Assembly: GCA_036517235.1 (NCBI GenBank)
Contig: DATDXL010000001.1
Location: forward strand, 1-42,083
From: Minisyncoccota bacterium
Lineage (GTDB): Bacteria; Patescibacteriota; Minisyncoccia; Phycocordibacterales; DSPV01
Direction: 5' to 3'
Length of the DNA: 42,083 nt
Within the stretch, counting starts at the first letter, position 1; the number at the start of each line of letters is the position of its first letter. Under the pieces are notes generated by a model. That model did not search any database and was not told where the DNA came from. It was given only the letters and a program-made list of their open reading frames with translations. Shown one piece after another: positions 25,406 to 33,891 of the stretch. The translations under genes and the position numbers were made by a program.

Positions 25406-26533
25406 TTATTTCTTCAAAACTTCTATACCAGGCAGGGTTTCGTTGGCTAGAAAGTCGAGCATCGCACCGCCCCCCGTTGAAATAAACCCAAACTTCTCCA
25501 TGAGCCCCAAGTCCTCGATAGCAGCTATCGTATCGCCCCCGCCGACAACCGATATTGCCTTGCTTCGTATCATTGCTTTCGCAAACTGATGCGTACCTAC
25601 GACAAAGCCCTCCTGGTAAACACCGAGGGGACCGTTCCAGAGAACAAACGAGGATTCGCTGACAAACTGTTCCAGGAGCATTACGGTCTTGAGCCCTGCA
25701 TCTACGATACGGTCAGACATCTTCACTTTTTCCGGCTCGAGCGCATGTTCCTCCCCTTCTCGTTGGACCAATACATCAAGAGGGATACGCAGATTGGGAC
25801 GATTTATGATCGTACTAAGATTAGGAGCGATAGTGCTCACGAGCGAGGTCCCCACCTCGAGCCCCATTGCATGAAATATGTCATTCGCGAGCGCACCTCC
25901 GACAAATACACGTTCATACCTATCCAAAAATTTCAGGAGCAAGGGAAGCTTGGTCTCGAATTTCGCACCCCCAAGCACAAAGAGAGAACCTTTCGGCGGA
26001 TGAAGCGCCGGCGTCAACCCCTGTATTTCTTCCTGTAATAAAAAACCTGCAAAGGATGGGAGAAATTTGGGAACACCCACAATAGAGGAATGTTTTCGAT
26101 GAGATACCCCAAAAGCGTCATTGACGAAAACATCAGCGAGACTCGTAAGTCGTTTCGAGAATCCCTCATCGTTCTCTTTCTCCCCCTTCTCACGCCGGAT
26201 GTCTTCGACAAGAATGAAAGCGCCATTCTGAAGAGAGCCGCTCAATTCATGTGCGCTATCAAGCGTAGATGCAAATGAGACAGAAAAACGAGTCTTGAGG
26301 TAGTGATACACAGGAGAGAGCGACTCGCCTGATCCAGGGTTGAGGTGACTGAGAATGACCGTTCGACAACCGCATTTCTCCAAGTATTCGAGCGTCGGAA
26401 GCGAGCGCCTTATTCGATAATCATTCTCCACTCTTCCGCCTTTACAGGGGACATTGAGGTCAAGTCGTAGAAGCACTCTTTGTCCCGGTGAGAGCTTTGC
26501 TTCCTCAATCGATTTCACACTACCGTTTTGCAT
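25406..26533 (-). CDS. pgk: Phosphoglycerate kinase
   Basis: 375 aa with RLDLNVP, a hinge, and the C-terminal STGGGAMLDFL motif. Confidence 0.92.
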   Translation of the reverse strand: MQNGSVKSIEEAKLSPGQRVLLRLDLNVPCKGGRVENDYRIRRSLPTLEYLEKCGCRTVILSHLNPGSGESLSPVYHYLKTRFSVSFASTLDSAHELSGSLQNGAFILVEDIRREKGEKENDEGFSKRLTSLADVFVNDAFGVSHRKHSSIVGVPKFLPSFAGFLLQEEIQGLTPALHPPKGSLFVLGGAKFETKLPLLLKFLDRYERVFVGGALANDIFHAMGLEVGTSLVSTIAPNLSTIINRPNLRIPLDVLVQREGEEHALEPEKVKMSDRIVDAGLKTVMLLEQFVSESSFVLWNGPLGVYQEGFVVGTHQFAKAMIRSKAISVVGGGDTIAAIEDLGLMEKFGFISTGGGAMLDFLANETLPGIEVLKK

Positions 26534-27302
26534 AATTTGCGTCGACAGTCTTCATGATTTGAGAAAAAGCAGTCGGGTCTAGACTTTGCCTCCCCACCAA
26601 AAGCCCTTCCACCCCTCCATCGTGCACAAGAGCTGCCGCATTTTCAGGGGCAACCGAACCTCCGTAGAGGATGGGCAGTTCTGATGCTTCGGCTCCAAAC
26701 GTGTCGTTGATGACCTTGCGGATAAAAATCGAGGTTTCATGAACCTCTCTGGGTTTCATGGCTTGGAAATTGCTCCTGCCGATAGTCCAAAGCGGTTCGT
26801 ATGCAATTATCGTCGACGTTGCCAAAAATCCTCGCGGAGCGTGGGCAAGACTCGCGAGTATCTGGCCTTTAAGCTCCTCGAAAAACCGCCCATCGCGGTC
26901 GCGCTCCTTCTCCCCCACGCAAACGATGGCGGTCATCCTCTCGCGTAAGACAAATTCAAGTTTAAGAGCTACCATGTCATCGGTATCTCCTAGTTTTCGT
27001 GCTTCCGAGTGACCTACGATAGCGTATTCTGCACCTGCATTCTTAGCCATTGCCGCGGAGACCTTCCCGGTGAAAAAACCATCGCTCTCCCAGAATACAT
27101 CCTGAACCCCAAGAGAAACCCACGTCCTCGACGCAAGCTTGGCTAATGCAGAGAGATGGATATATGAGGGGCATACCACGACATCTGTCCTTCGCAGACA
27201 CAACGCAGTCCGTTTTATCTTAGAAAAAATAAGCCTCGCGTCTTCGGGGGTGCGCGGATTCATTTTCCAATTGCCAACTATTATGTGACTACGTCGTTTC
27301 AT
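26520..27302 (-). CDS. tpiA: Triosephosphate isomerase
   Basis: 260 aa with GNWKMN, VGHSE, AYEPLWTIG and YGGSV. It overlaps pgk by 14 nt. Confidence 0.92.
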   Translation of the reverse strand: MKRRSHIIVGNWKMNPRTPEDARLIFSKIKRTALCLRRTDVVVCPSYIHLSALAKLASRTWVSLGVQDVFWESDGFFTGKVSAAMAKNAGAEYAIVGHSEARKLGDTDDMVALKLEFVLRERMTAIVCVGEKERDRDGRFFEELKGQILASLAHAPRGFLATSTIIAYEPLWTIGRSNFQAMKPREVHETSIFIRKVINDTFGAEASELPILYGGSVAPENAAALVHDGGVEGLLVGRQSLDPTAFSQIMKTVDANYAKR

Positions 27303-27359
27303 CCAAAAAATCAGAAAACCTCAATAAAGGAAGAGGCAAACCTATTATAGCACTTGCGG

Positions 27360-28649
27360 TTACTCTACCTCCCGCCAATCGACGATGTTGAAACCACCCG
27401 ACGGGCCAGATTGGAATAAGATGTTTGCAAGCCCGGTTTTGTATATTACTTCCGCACTGTTTTTAAGTGTGAGTCTATACGCCGTTACCTCCCGCAAATT
27501 TACCGAGTTGAGCAATTCAATATGCCCGTGCGGCGCATACAGGAGCAACTCGCCCCCCACATTATTCTGCGTTTGGATGGCTCGCACCGTCCCTTCATAT
27601 TCAGCGCTATTGTTTCGAGAAATCATCAAAATATAGGAATTGGTTCCGCTCCCTTGGAACACGGGGCTATTATCGATTGATACCTTGCTCGAGTCTTCGC
27701 GATCAGATAGCTTGTCCGCAATAACAGGAATCGTTGCATTCGGGTACAAGGAACTTACGCGAATAATTGGGTTATTTTGTATCGAAATATTTCCTATAAC
27801 CAAGAGTGCGCCGGCAAGCGTAATCGTAGGATTGCCTGATATCGCAAGATTGCAGGGAATTATTCTTGGCCCGATCATTGTGTTCGCGTCAATCGTGTAA
27901 GTACCACCCGAACACGTAGCACTCCCCCCTGACGCGGCATCGGTCTCCCATTGGTCAATCTGGGCGTCGGAGATGGGAAGTGATGACGTTGCCTGGTCGG
28001 GACTATTGGGATAGCTCGTTCCACCTACGGAAGTATTAGTGAGTGTCATATAGTAAGCATTTTTATCAATCTGCGAATTCCGGATAGTGTGAGCATAAGC
28101 AGAACTGGTTGCATGAATATTATCGATGAGCCCGCCAGACCCAGCAGAAATAACATCACCCCGAATGATATTCCCCTTTCCTTCAATAGTTCCCGCCGAG
28201 TGCACGTTACCTGATATGGACGAGGAATTGTACATACGCAATCCACCCTCGCCAACCTGTACGCCGTAGAAAAATGAACCGACGGTACCGTACGTAATAG
28301 AAAGTCTAACCGTCCTGAAAAGATCTGCCCAATCTCCATTTGAAGTTATCACTTTTCTCCCACCGATATCAGCGACCTGCGCCGAGGCGGTATTGCCATC
28401 AAGTGAAAGGGTCGGATTGGAACTCACGGGGAAGCCTTTGATGAGCTGGTACGCTGTGTCTTCAGCAAGCGCTTCAGCAAGATAATAGCTTGAGCGAGAT
28501 TGTCCAAGATCTATTGCCGACCGCAACTGGTAATAGACGGCACGTGAAATACCGAATGCGATCGTTGAGGAAAGGAAGAGAAAGAGCAGTACAATTCCGA
28601 GCATCGCCTGTCCTCCTCTGTAGTTTCGTCGTTTAAAACAAATTTTCAT
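27360..28649 (-). CDS. Large pilus-associated protein with a PilX-like N-terminal anchor
   Basis: 429 aa. The N-terminal RGGQAMLGIVLLFLFLSSTIAF is PilX_N-like. The body is Gly/Ser/Asn-rich and repeat-like. It is the last gene of the pseudopilin operon. Confidence 0.4.
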   Translation of the reverse strand: MKICFKRRNYRGGQAMLGIVLLFLFLSSTIAFGISRAVYYQLRSAIDLGQSRSSYYLAEALAEDTAYQLIKGFPVSSNPTLSLDGNTASAQVADIGGRKVITSNGDWADLFRTVRLSITYGTVGSFFYGVQVGEGGLRMYNSSSISGNVHSAGTIEGKGNIIRGDVISAGSGGLIDNIHATSSAYAHTIRNSQIDKNAYYMTLTNTSVGGTSYPNSPDQATSSLPISDAQIDQWETDAASGGSATCSGGTYTIDANTMIGPRIIPCNLAISGNPTITLAGALLVIGNISIQNNPIIRVSSLYPNATIPVIADKLSDREDSSKVSIDNSPVFQGSGTNSYILMISRNNSAEYEGTVRAIQTQNNVGGELLLYAPHGHIELLNSVNLREVTAYRLTLKNSAEVIYKTGLANILFQSGPSGGFNIVDWREVE

Positions 28650-28651
28650 GG

Positions 28652-29164
28652 TTAGAGGGAGTTTCTTAAAAGGATCGTGGTCTGAAACAACTCGGAACGT
28701 ACGTCATTACCATGCTCCGCCTCAACGGCCATCTCGATACCAACCGCTTTGGAACGGCTACCGACGTAGCGACGGAATACCAACACGGTCGTAGTCGCAC
28801 GGTAAGGAGTCAGCGGACCTACAAGTACGTCATTCTTGTATACATTGATGCGGCCCGACTCGAGCTTGAAGGATATCGTCTGAAGCAGACCGTTATCATC
28901 GGTCGTATTGAGTCGGATATATCCGGGACTGACGTCAAATTGACTCCCCGAGAGATCAACGTCAGTAGCGGTTCGTATCTCACGGCTCATTCGCTCCATA
29001 GAAACGATAGCGGAGTCCGCAATAGTGCGAGCAAGCACTAATTTACGGTACGACGTCATCATTGCGACGATAAGTCCCACGACAAGCACGGAAAAAAGCG
29101 TGAGCACGGTGAGATAAATGAGCATCTCTATAAGACTGAAGCCTCTATTATTCTTTAAAATCAT
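28652..29164 (-). CDS. Prepilin-type N-terminal cleavage/methylation domain protein (minor pseudopilin)
   Basis: Starts at the ATG at 29164: MILKNNRG/FSLIEMLIYLTVLTLF, the class III signal. Confidence 0.75.
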   Translation of the reverse strand: MILKNNRGFSLIEMLIYLTVLTLFSVLVVGLIVAMMTSYRKLVLARTIADSAIVSMERMSREIRTATDVDLSGSQFDVSPGYIRLNTTDDNGLLQTISFKLESGRINVYKNDVLVGPLTPYRATTTVLVFRRYVGSRSKAVGIEMAVEAEHGNDVRSELFQTTILLRNSL

Positions 29165-29168
29165 GGGT

Positions 29169-29654
29169 TCAGTCGCTGAATAGATTGGTAAGGTAGGTTG
29201 AGATCGTTCTCGTGGTAGTGCCACCTGCGGAAAACCAGGATACCGTCACCACCACCTTCTTTGTTCCCGCATCAAGGACTCCCCCCGATGACACGATGTC
29301 ACCGTTTGTGTCTCGATTCACATTGTATAACGTCATCGTGCGCTGGAATTTTCCGAAGAGCATCGACGGAGACGTCGTCGCTTGCCAGACACTGCTCGTC
29401 GCCACAAGATAATAGGTGCTCCCAGGAGAAAGCGGCGTGATGTTTGTGCTCCATCCGCCATCCCTCAACCACTTCATCGCTTCTATTCCCTCTTCGGCAA
29501 GAAGCGCTGCCTGTACGCGCTGTGTGACACCGAGGCCTTCGCGCAAGGAAAATAGGTATGCGGAGACAAGACTGAGCACCACGAGCACAAGTATGGCCGC
29601 CGCAACAATGACCTCCACAAGAGTTGTCCCTTTTTTAAAAAGTGGGTTTCGCAT
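29169..29654 (-). CDS. Prepilin-type N-terminal domain protein (minor pseudopilin)
   Basis: The ATG at 29654 sits 1 nt after the upstream stop: MRNPLFKKG/TTLVEVIVAAAILVLV. Confidence 0.7.
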   Translation of the reverse strand: MRNPLFKKGTTLVEVIVAAAILVLVVLSLVSAYLFSLREGLGVTQRVQAALLAEEGIEAMKWLRDGGWSTNITPLSPGSTYYLVATSSVWQATTSPSMLFGKFQRTMTLYNVNRDTNGDIVSSGGVLDAGTKKVVVTVSWFSAGGTTTRTISTYLTNLFSD

Positions 29655-29655
29655 A

Positions 29656-30120
29656 TCAATATGTCTCAATGATACCCGTGCCTAGTATGGAAATGGTGAA
29701 GAAACGAGAAGGATCGGCAATAAGTGAAACGGTGAGTGTTCCCGTATTATCTGTTTCACCTGTCAACCGCTTGAAGACGACATTGTCACCACCGCCTGCG
29801 AACTCGTGGGCCGAAATGGTAACAAGGGGATTGAGGACTTCGACACGATTAGCAGGATTGTTTGCATCGTACGAATCTCCAGGAAAGACGCTGACACGAT
29901 TAGCCTCCACATGCACCCCATAGCGTTGATCTTGCGAAGAGGAGAGCGTCAGCGACCGTGCCCTTTCAAAAGCCGCGGCAACGATAGCCGCATCTTTCTC
30001 TAGCGCCTGCGAACTATTGGCACTAAAGAAAGACGTGAACAAAATGGTCGACACGAAAGAGAGGGCAACGACCACCACGAGTATCTCTATTATGCTAAAC
30101 CCCATAGTGAATTTTGGCAT
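29656..30120 (-). CDS. Prepilin-type N-terminal domain protein (pseudopilin)
   Basis: Starts at the ATG at 30120: MPKFTMG/FSIIEILVVVVALSF. The upstream 86 aa of the track ORF cross a GC-rich palindromic element and are not credible coding sequence. Confidence 0.7.
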   Translation of the reverse strand: MPKFTMGFSIIEILVVVVALSFVSTILFTSFFSANSSQALEKDAAIVAAAFERARSLTLSSSQDQRYGVHVEANRVSVFPGDSYDANNPANRVEVLNPLVTISAHEFAGGGDNVVFKRLTGETDNTGTLTVSLIADPSRFFTISILGTGIIETY

Positions 30121-30200
30121 TGGGCGCGTGCCCTGCGCCTCCTGCCTGCGCGCGGCGCGCGGGCAGGTCGGCGCGATGCCAAAATCTACTATCGGGGTGA
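30100..30200. repeat. Inverted-repeat element, copy B, with a nested GC-rich palindrome
   Basis: Left arm CCCCATAGTGAATTTTGGCAT (the reverse complement of the pilin start ATGCCAAAATTCACTATGGGG), a 55-nt GC-rich spacer, and right arm ATGCCAAAATCTACTATCGGGGTGA. The spacer equals the copy A spacer plus the 27-nt palindrome at 30141..30167. Confidence 0.65.
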
Positions 30201-30383
30201 ACCCCGCACTGAAAAATGGTATCGCATTTTTGTGGCGTTGTTTGGAAGCGAGAAAAAAAGTCTTGCAAAAAGCATCCACGGTAGAATCTAGGTAAACTCT
30301 TGAATGCCCCTCGGCCACAATGCCATTTTCTAGTGACGGGGTGAAACCTCTTTCTCGGTACAGAGCTTTTGGGTCCATGGTAG

Positions 30384-31601
30384 TTAGATAGTATCTACAA
30401 GCGAGTACATCGGGGAGAGGATGGAGAGAGCAAAAAACGCGACCGCGCAGCCAACGAGGATCATTAGCACCGGCTCGATGATAGTGGAAAGATCTTTGGT
30501 CTTCTGTGACACCTCCTCTTCATAGTAATCGGCGATATTCCCCAACATTTCCGCAAGTTTCCCCGTCTCTTCTCCGATACTCGTCATCTCTGCCACAAAG
30601 ACTGGGTAAAGATCTGCGTGCTCCGAAAATACTTTTGACAAGACCTCCCCTTTTCCTAATCTCACCTTAGCTTCGTCTAACACTTCTCTGAAGAAGGAGT
30701 TCTGAACCACCTCGGCAGTTATCTCTATAGACTGGACGACCTCAACTCCGCTTGAAAGCAGAGAGGAGAGGGTTCTTCCCATCCGCGCAGAATTGGATTC
30801 ACGGACTATTGTTTTGATAACAGGCAGACGCAGTACGACAGTATCCAGTAACCGCTTCCCGGCTTTGGTCCTGCGACCCCATGAAAAGAGCGCCACCAAC
30901 CCCAAAAGGAAAAGCACCGTGAGAATACTGTGATTCTTGAATGTCTCGCTCAGGAAGATAAGCATCCTTGTATTCCAAGGCAGCTGTATCGTCAACTCCG
31001 AAAAAACCTGCGTGAGGGTCGGGACCACATACACCAGCATCAAAATCCCGATGACGACCATGACACACACAATGATCCCCGGATAGATCATCGCACCACG
31101 TATTCTCTTCTGCAGGAGGTAGGTACTCCTCATTTGATCTGAAACCATCTTAAGAGACTTAGGGAGGCTTCCCGATTCTTCACCAGCCGTGACCATAGAA
31201 ACAAAGAGTCGGGAAAAAACCTTCGGGTATTTTTTGAGTGCCTCACTGAGCGATTGCCCACGTGTTATCTCCGCCGATATAGACTGCACGACATCTTTTG
31301 TGCTCTTCTTTGAAGCCTGACGTTCTATCACGGAAAGAGCCCGCCCAAGAGACAGGCCTGCCTCGAGCATCGACCCGAGGTTGCGTGCAAACAATATCTT
31401 GTCGCGCATCGATACCCTGTTGACTATGTCGAAAATAGAAAATAATTTTGTTGCCGATTTTTCTTTTATTTCCTCAACGGATACGACAATATCACCCTCA
31501 TTTTTCAGATCGTGATAGAGGGCGAACTTATCAAGAGCGGAGCGTTCTCCCTCATATACTTCCCCCGATGTCTTTTCAGCTTTGAAATGAAATAAAGGCA
31601 T
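30384..31601 (-). CDS. pilC: Type IV pilus / T2SS platform protein (GspF/PilC family)
   Basis: 405 aa with two GspF-type repeats and 3 transmembrane segments. Confidence 0.9.
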   Translation of the reverse strand: MPLFHFKAEKTSGEVYEGERSALDKFALYHDLKNEGDIVVSVEEIKEKSATKLFSIFDIVNRVSMRDKILFARNLGSMLEAGLSLGRALSVIERQASKKSTKDVVQSISAEITRGQSLSEALKKYPKVFSRLFVSMVTAGEESGSLPKSLKMVSDQMRSTYLLQKRIRGAMIYPGIIVCVMVVIGILMLVYVVPTLTQVFSELTIQLPWNTRMLIFLSETFKNHSILTVLFLLGLVALFSWGRRTKAGKRLLDTVVLRLPVIKTIVRESNSARMGRTLSSLLSSGVEVVQSIEITAEVVQNSFFREVLDEAKVRLGKGEVLSKVFSEHADLYPVFVAEMTSIGEETGKLAEMLGNIADYYEEEVSQKTKDLSTIIEPVLMILVGCAVAFFALSILSPMYSLVDTI

Positions 31602-31611
31602 TTTGAAAAGC

Positions 31612-31884
31612 TTAGGGCTTCTGGCTTATGGCTTGAAGCTTTCTTCGGTTTTTGATTTTGCCGTAAAGCCAACCGAGAATAACACCTGCAACCACACCAG
31701 GCACAATAAAAATGAAAAAGTATTTTTGATAATTTTGCTGGAAAGTGTTTACGAAAAAGGAACAATTGGAACTTCCGATGGTACATACGGTTTGTCCAGA
31801 AAGCCAGGAGTTGAAAAGGAAAACACCTATAAATGAAATCACCACTCCCAATATTCCTCCTCTCAACCAATATCTTTTTTTCAT
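31612..31884 (-). CDS. Small membrane protein (90 aa) between pilB and pilC
   Basis: Two hydrophobic helices, an ATG start, and a position inside the operon. Confidence 0.45.
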   Translation of the reverse strand: MKKRYWLRGGILGVVISFIGVFLFNSWLSGQTVCTIGSSNCSFFVNTFQQNYQKYFFIFIVPGVVAGVILGWLYGKIKNRRKLQAISQKP

Positions 31885-31926
31885 TATTTTTTCTTTACCT
31901 ATACCCTATACGCTATCCCCTTAACC

Positions 31927-33681
31927 CTACTCCGTTATCACCCTCAGCACCTCCTCAAGCGTTGTAACGCCTTGAACGGCTTTAAAGATCCCGTCTTCAA
32001 GCATCGTCATCATGCCCTCCCTCTTCGCCTGAACCTCTATCTCATCAGAAGCAGCCCCCTTGATGATGAGATTTTTGATGGTAGGGGTTACTCGCAATAC
32101 CTCGTGGATGACAACACGTCCGTGGAAACTATCATCAACATTCTCGCCGGAACCGGAGGGTTTATAGAAAGCGATCTTCTCCCATGTTTGCCCTTTTTCA
32201 ACGATTTTCTCTTCTTTCAAAAACCCGAGAACTCTATCGAGGTCTACAGACTTGCCCAGAGTTGCTAACTCATCTTTCGTCATAACATATTTCTGACGTC
32301 CCTTCTCTGTAAGACGGCGTACCAATCGCTGGCCGATGACGACATCCAAGGTCGAGACAAGGAGAAACGGCTCCACTTTCATATCAAGGAGACGAGGAAT
32401 AGCGCCAGCTGCCGAGTTGGTATGAATGGTAGAAAGCACGAGGTGTCCGGTGAGCGAAGCGTTGACCGCTAGCGATGCCGTTTCATTGTCGCGGATCTCA
32501 CCTACCATGATGATGTCGGGATCCTGGCGTACGAGCGAGCGAAGACCCGAGGCGAACGTGAATCCTATCTCCGGTTTCACTTGAGACTGGTTGATCCTCT
32601 TCATCTGGTACTCAACCGGATCTTCAATAGTGGAGATGTTGACATTAGGAGTATTCAAAATATCGAGCATGGTGTAGAGCGTTGTCGTCTTACCTGAGCC
32701 GGTAGGACCCGAGGAGAGTATCATCCCGGTCGTGCGTTTGAGACATTCATGGATATCCTCGATGGCTTTTCCGTGGAAACCGAGGCCTTCGAGCGTAAAT
32801 CCCGTTGAGTTTTCTTTGAGAAGGCGCATGACGATCTTTTCTCCAAAATAGGTCGGAAGAATAGAAACGCGAAAAGAGACTTTGTCGGTATCGGTTTCCA
32901 CTTTAAACCTCCCGTCCTGAGGAAGGCGCTTCTCATCAAGGCGCAGATTAGAGAGCACCTTGATGCGGGCCACAAGAGACGGGCCGACGTGTTTCGGCAA
33001 CACCATCGTATCGTGCAGGATCCCATCGATGCGGTAACGCACTACCACCTCGTGCTCCCCCTGTTCCATATGGATATCGGACGCGTTCTGTATAATGGCG
33101 TGCTTCAAAAGCGTATCGACGATGCGTACCACGGGGAGATCCTCAGCCATCTTCTTCAGGTCTTTTTCGGATACCGTATCCACACCTTCATGGACAGCCT
33201 TGATAGAGGTCGCTTCTTTTTTGATGATGTCACCGAATTCCGCCTTGAGCGACTTCTGGTACTGGAGAAGCACGTGCTTGATAGACTCGGTGTTCGTCAA
33301 GCGAGGCAAGATTTTTAGGCCCACTTTCTTTTTTACGAAATCGATAGCACCAAGGTCCGACGTATCGAGCATGGCTACCTCGAGTCCTTTCTCATCCTTT
33401 CTAAATGACACAATGTTATTGGTACGTGCGATGGGCTCAGGGATTAGCGAAAGAACTTCAAAATCCACCTTCTGGCCTCGGAGGTCGACAAAGGGAATCC
33501 CCAAAACGTACGCCTGCATGCGACGTAGATCATCTTCGGAGATCTTTCCTTGGCGTACCAGTTCTTCACCCAGAGAAACACCGCTTTTTTCGGCCTCCTT
33601 CTCTGCTTTTGCAAAATCAGCTTGAGAAACAAGCCCTGAATCAAGGACAAAATCTCTTAGTTGTTTTTTCTCGATAAACAT
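31927..33681 (-). CDS. pilB: Type IV pilus assembly ATPase (GspE/PilB family)
   Basis: 584 aa with Walker A GPTGSGKTTTLY, Asp box and Walker B (IMVGEIRD), a His box, and an N-terminal GspII_E-like domain. Confidence 0.93.
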   Translation of the reverse strand: MFIEKKQLRDFVLDSGLVSQADFAKAEKEAEKSGVSLGEELVRQGKISEDDLRRMQAYVLGIPFVDLRGQKVDFEVLSLIPEPIARTNNIVSFRKDEKGLEVAMLDTSDLGAIDFVKKKVGLKILPRLTNTESIKHVLLQYQKSLKAEFGDIIKKEATSIKAVHEGVDTVSEKDLKKMAEDLPVVRIVDTLLKHAIIQNASDIHMEQGEHEVVVRYRIDGILHDTMVLPKHVGPSLVARIKVLSNLRLDEKRLPQDGRFKVETDTDKVSFRVSILPTYFGEKIVMRLLKENSTGFTLEGLGFHGKAIEDIHECLKRTTGMILSSGPTGSGKTTTLYTMLDILNTPNVNISTIEDPVEYQMKRINQSQVKPEIGFTFASGLRSLVRQDPDIIMVGEIRDNETASLAVNASLTGHLVLSTIHTNSAAGAIPRLLDMKVEPFLLVSTLDVVIGQRLVRRLTEKGRQKYVMTKDELATLGKSVDLDRVLGFLKEEKIVEKGQTWEKIAFYKPSGSGENVDDSFHGRVVIHEVLRVTPTIKNLIIKGAASDEIEVQAKREGMMTMLEDGIFKAVQGVTTLEEVLRVITE

Positions 33682-33808
33682 AGGACTCCCAGAGGAGAAT
33701 GTACTCCTAAGTATATCGCAATAAAAAGCCCTCGTCCCCTATATTATTCGGAGCAAAAAACTGACGGGGGATACCGCTGCGACCTTTTTCTGGGTACCTA
33801 CCGGGGCC

Positions 33809-33836
33809 TTGACAGAAAAAACGCCATGAGTATACT
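33809..33836 (+). promoter_or_regulatory. Sigma-70-type promoter upstream of nusA
   Basis: TTGACA (33809-33814), a 16-nt spacer, then TATACT (33831-33836). Confidence 0.55.
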
Positions 33837-33849
33837 GGTATCCATGAAT

Positions 33850-33873
33850 GTTCGCCTTCCGGCGAACTTTTTT
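33850..33873 (+). terminator. Leader terminator/attenuator hairpin in the nusA 5' UTR
   Basis: GTTCGCC-ttcc-GGCGAAC followed by TTTTTT, between the promoter and the ATG at 33892. Confidence 0.55.
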
Positions 33874-33891
33874 ACTAACAACAAGAAATCC

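Noticed and set aside
33661-33891. Upstream extension of the nusA ORF, and similar extensions at 11809..12156, 37677..37772, 30121..30378, 29165..29224, 19376..19474, 25286..25345 and 14572..14628
   Set aside because: The extensions overlap neighbouring genes, promoters or hairpins and begin at alternative start codons. Internal ATGs give N-termini that match the families (NusA, CofE, signal peptide, prepilin leaders, RNase H).
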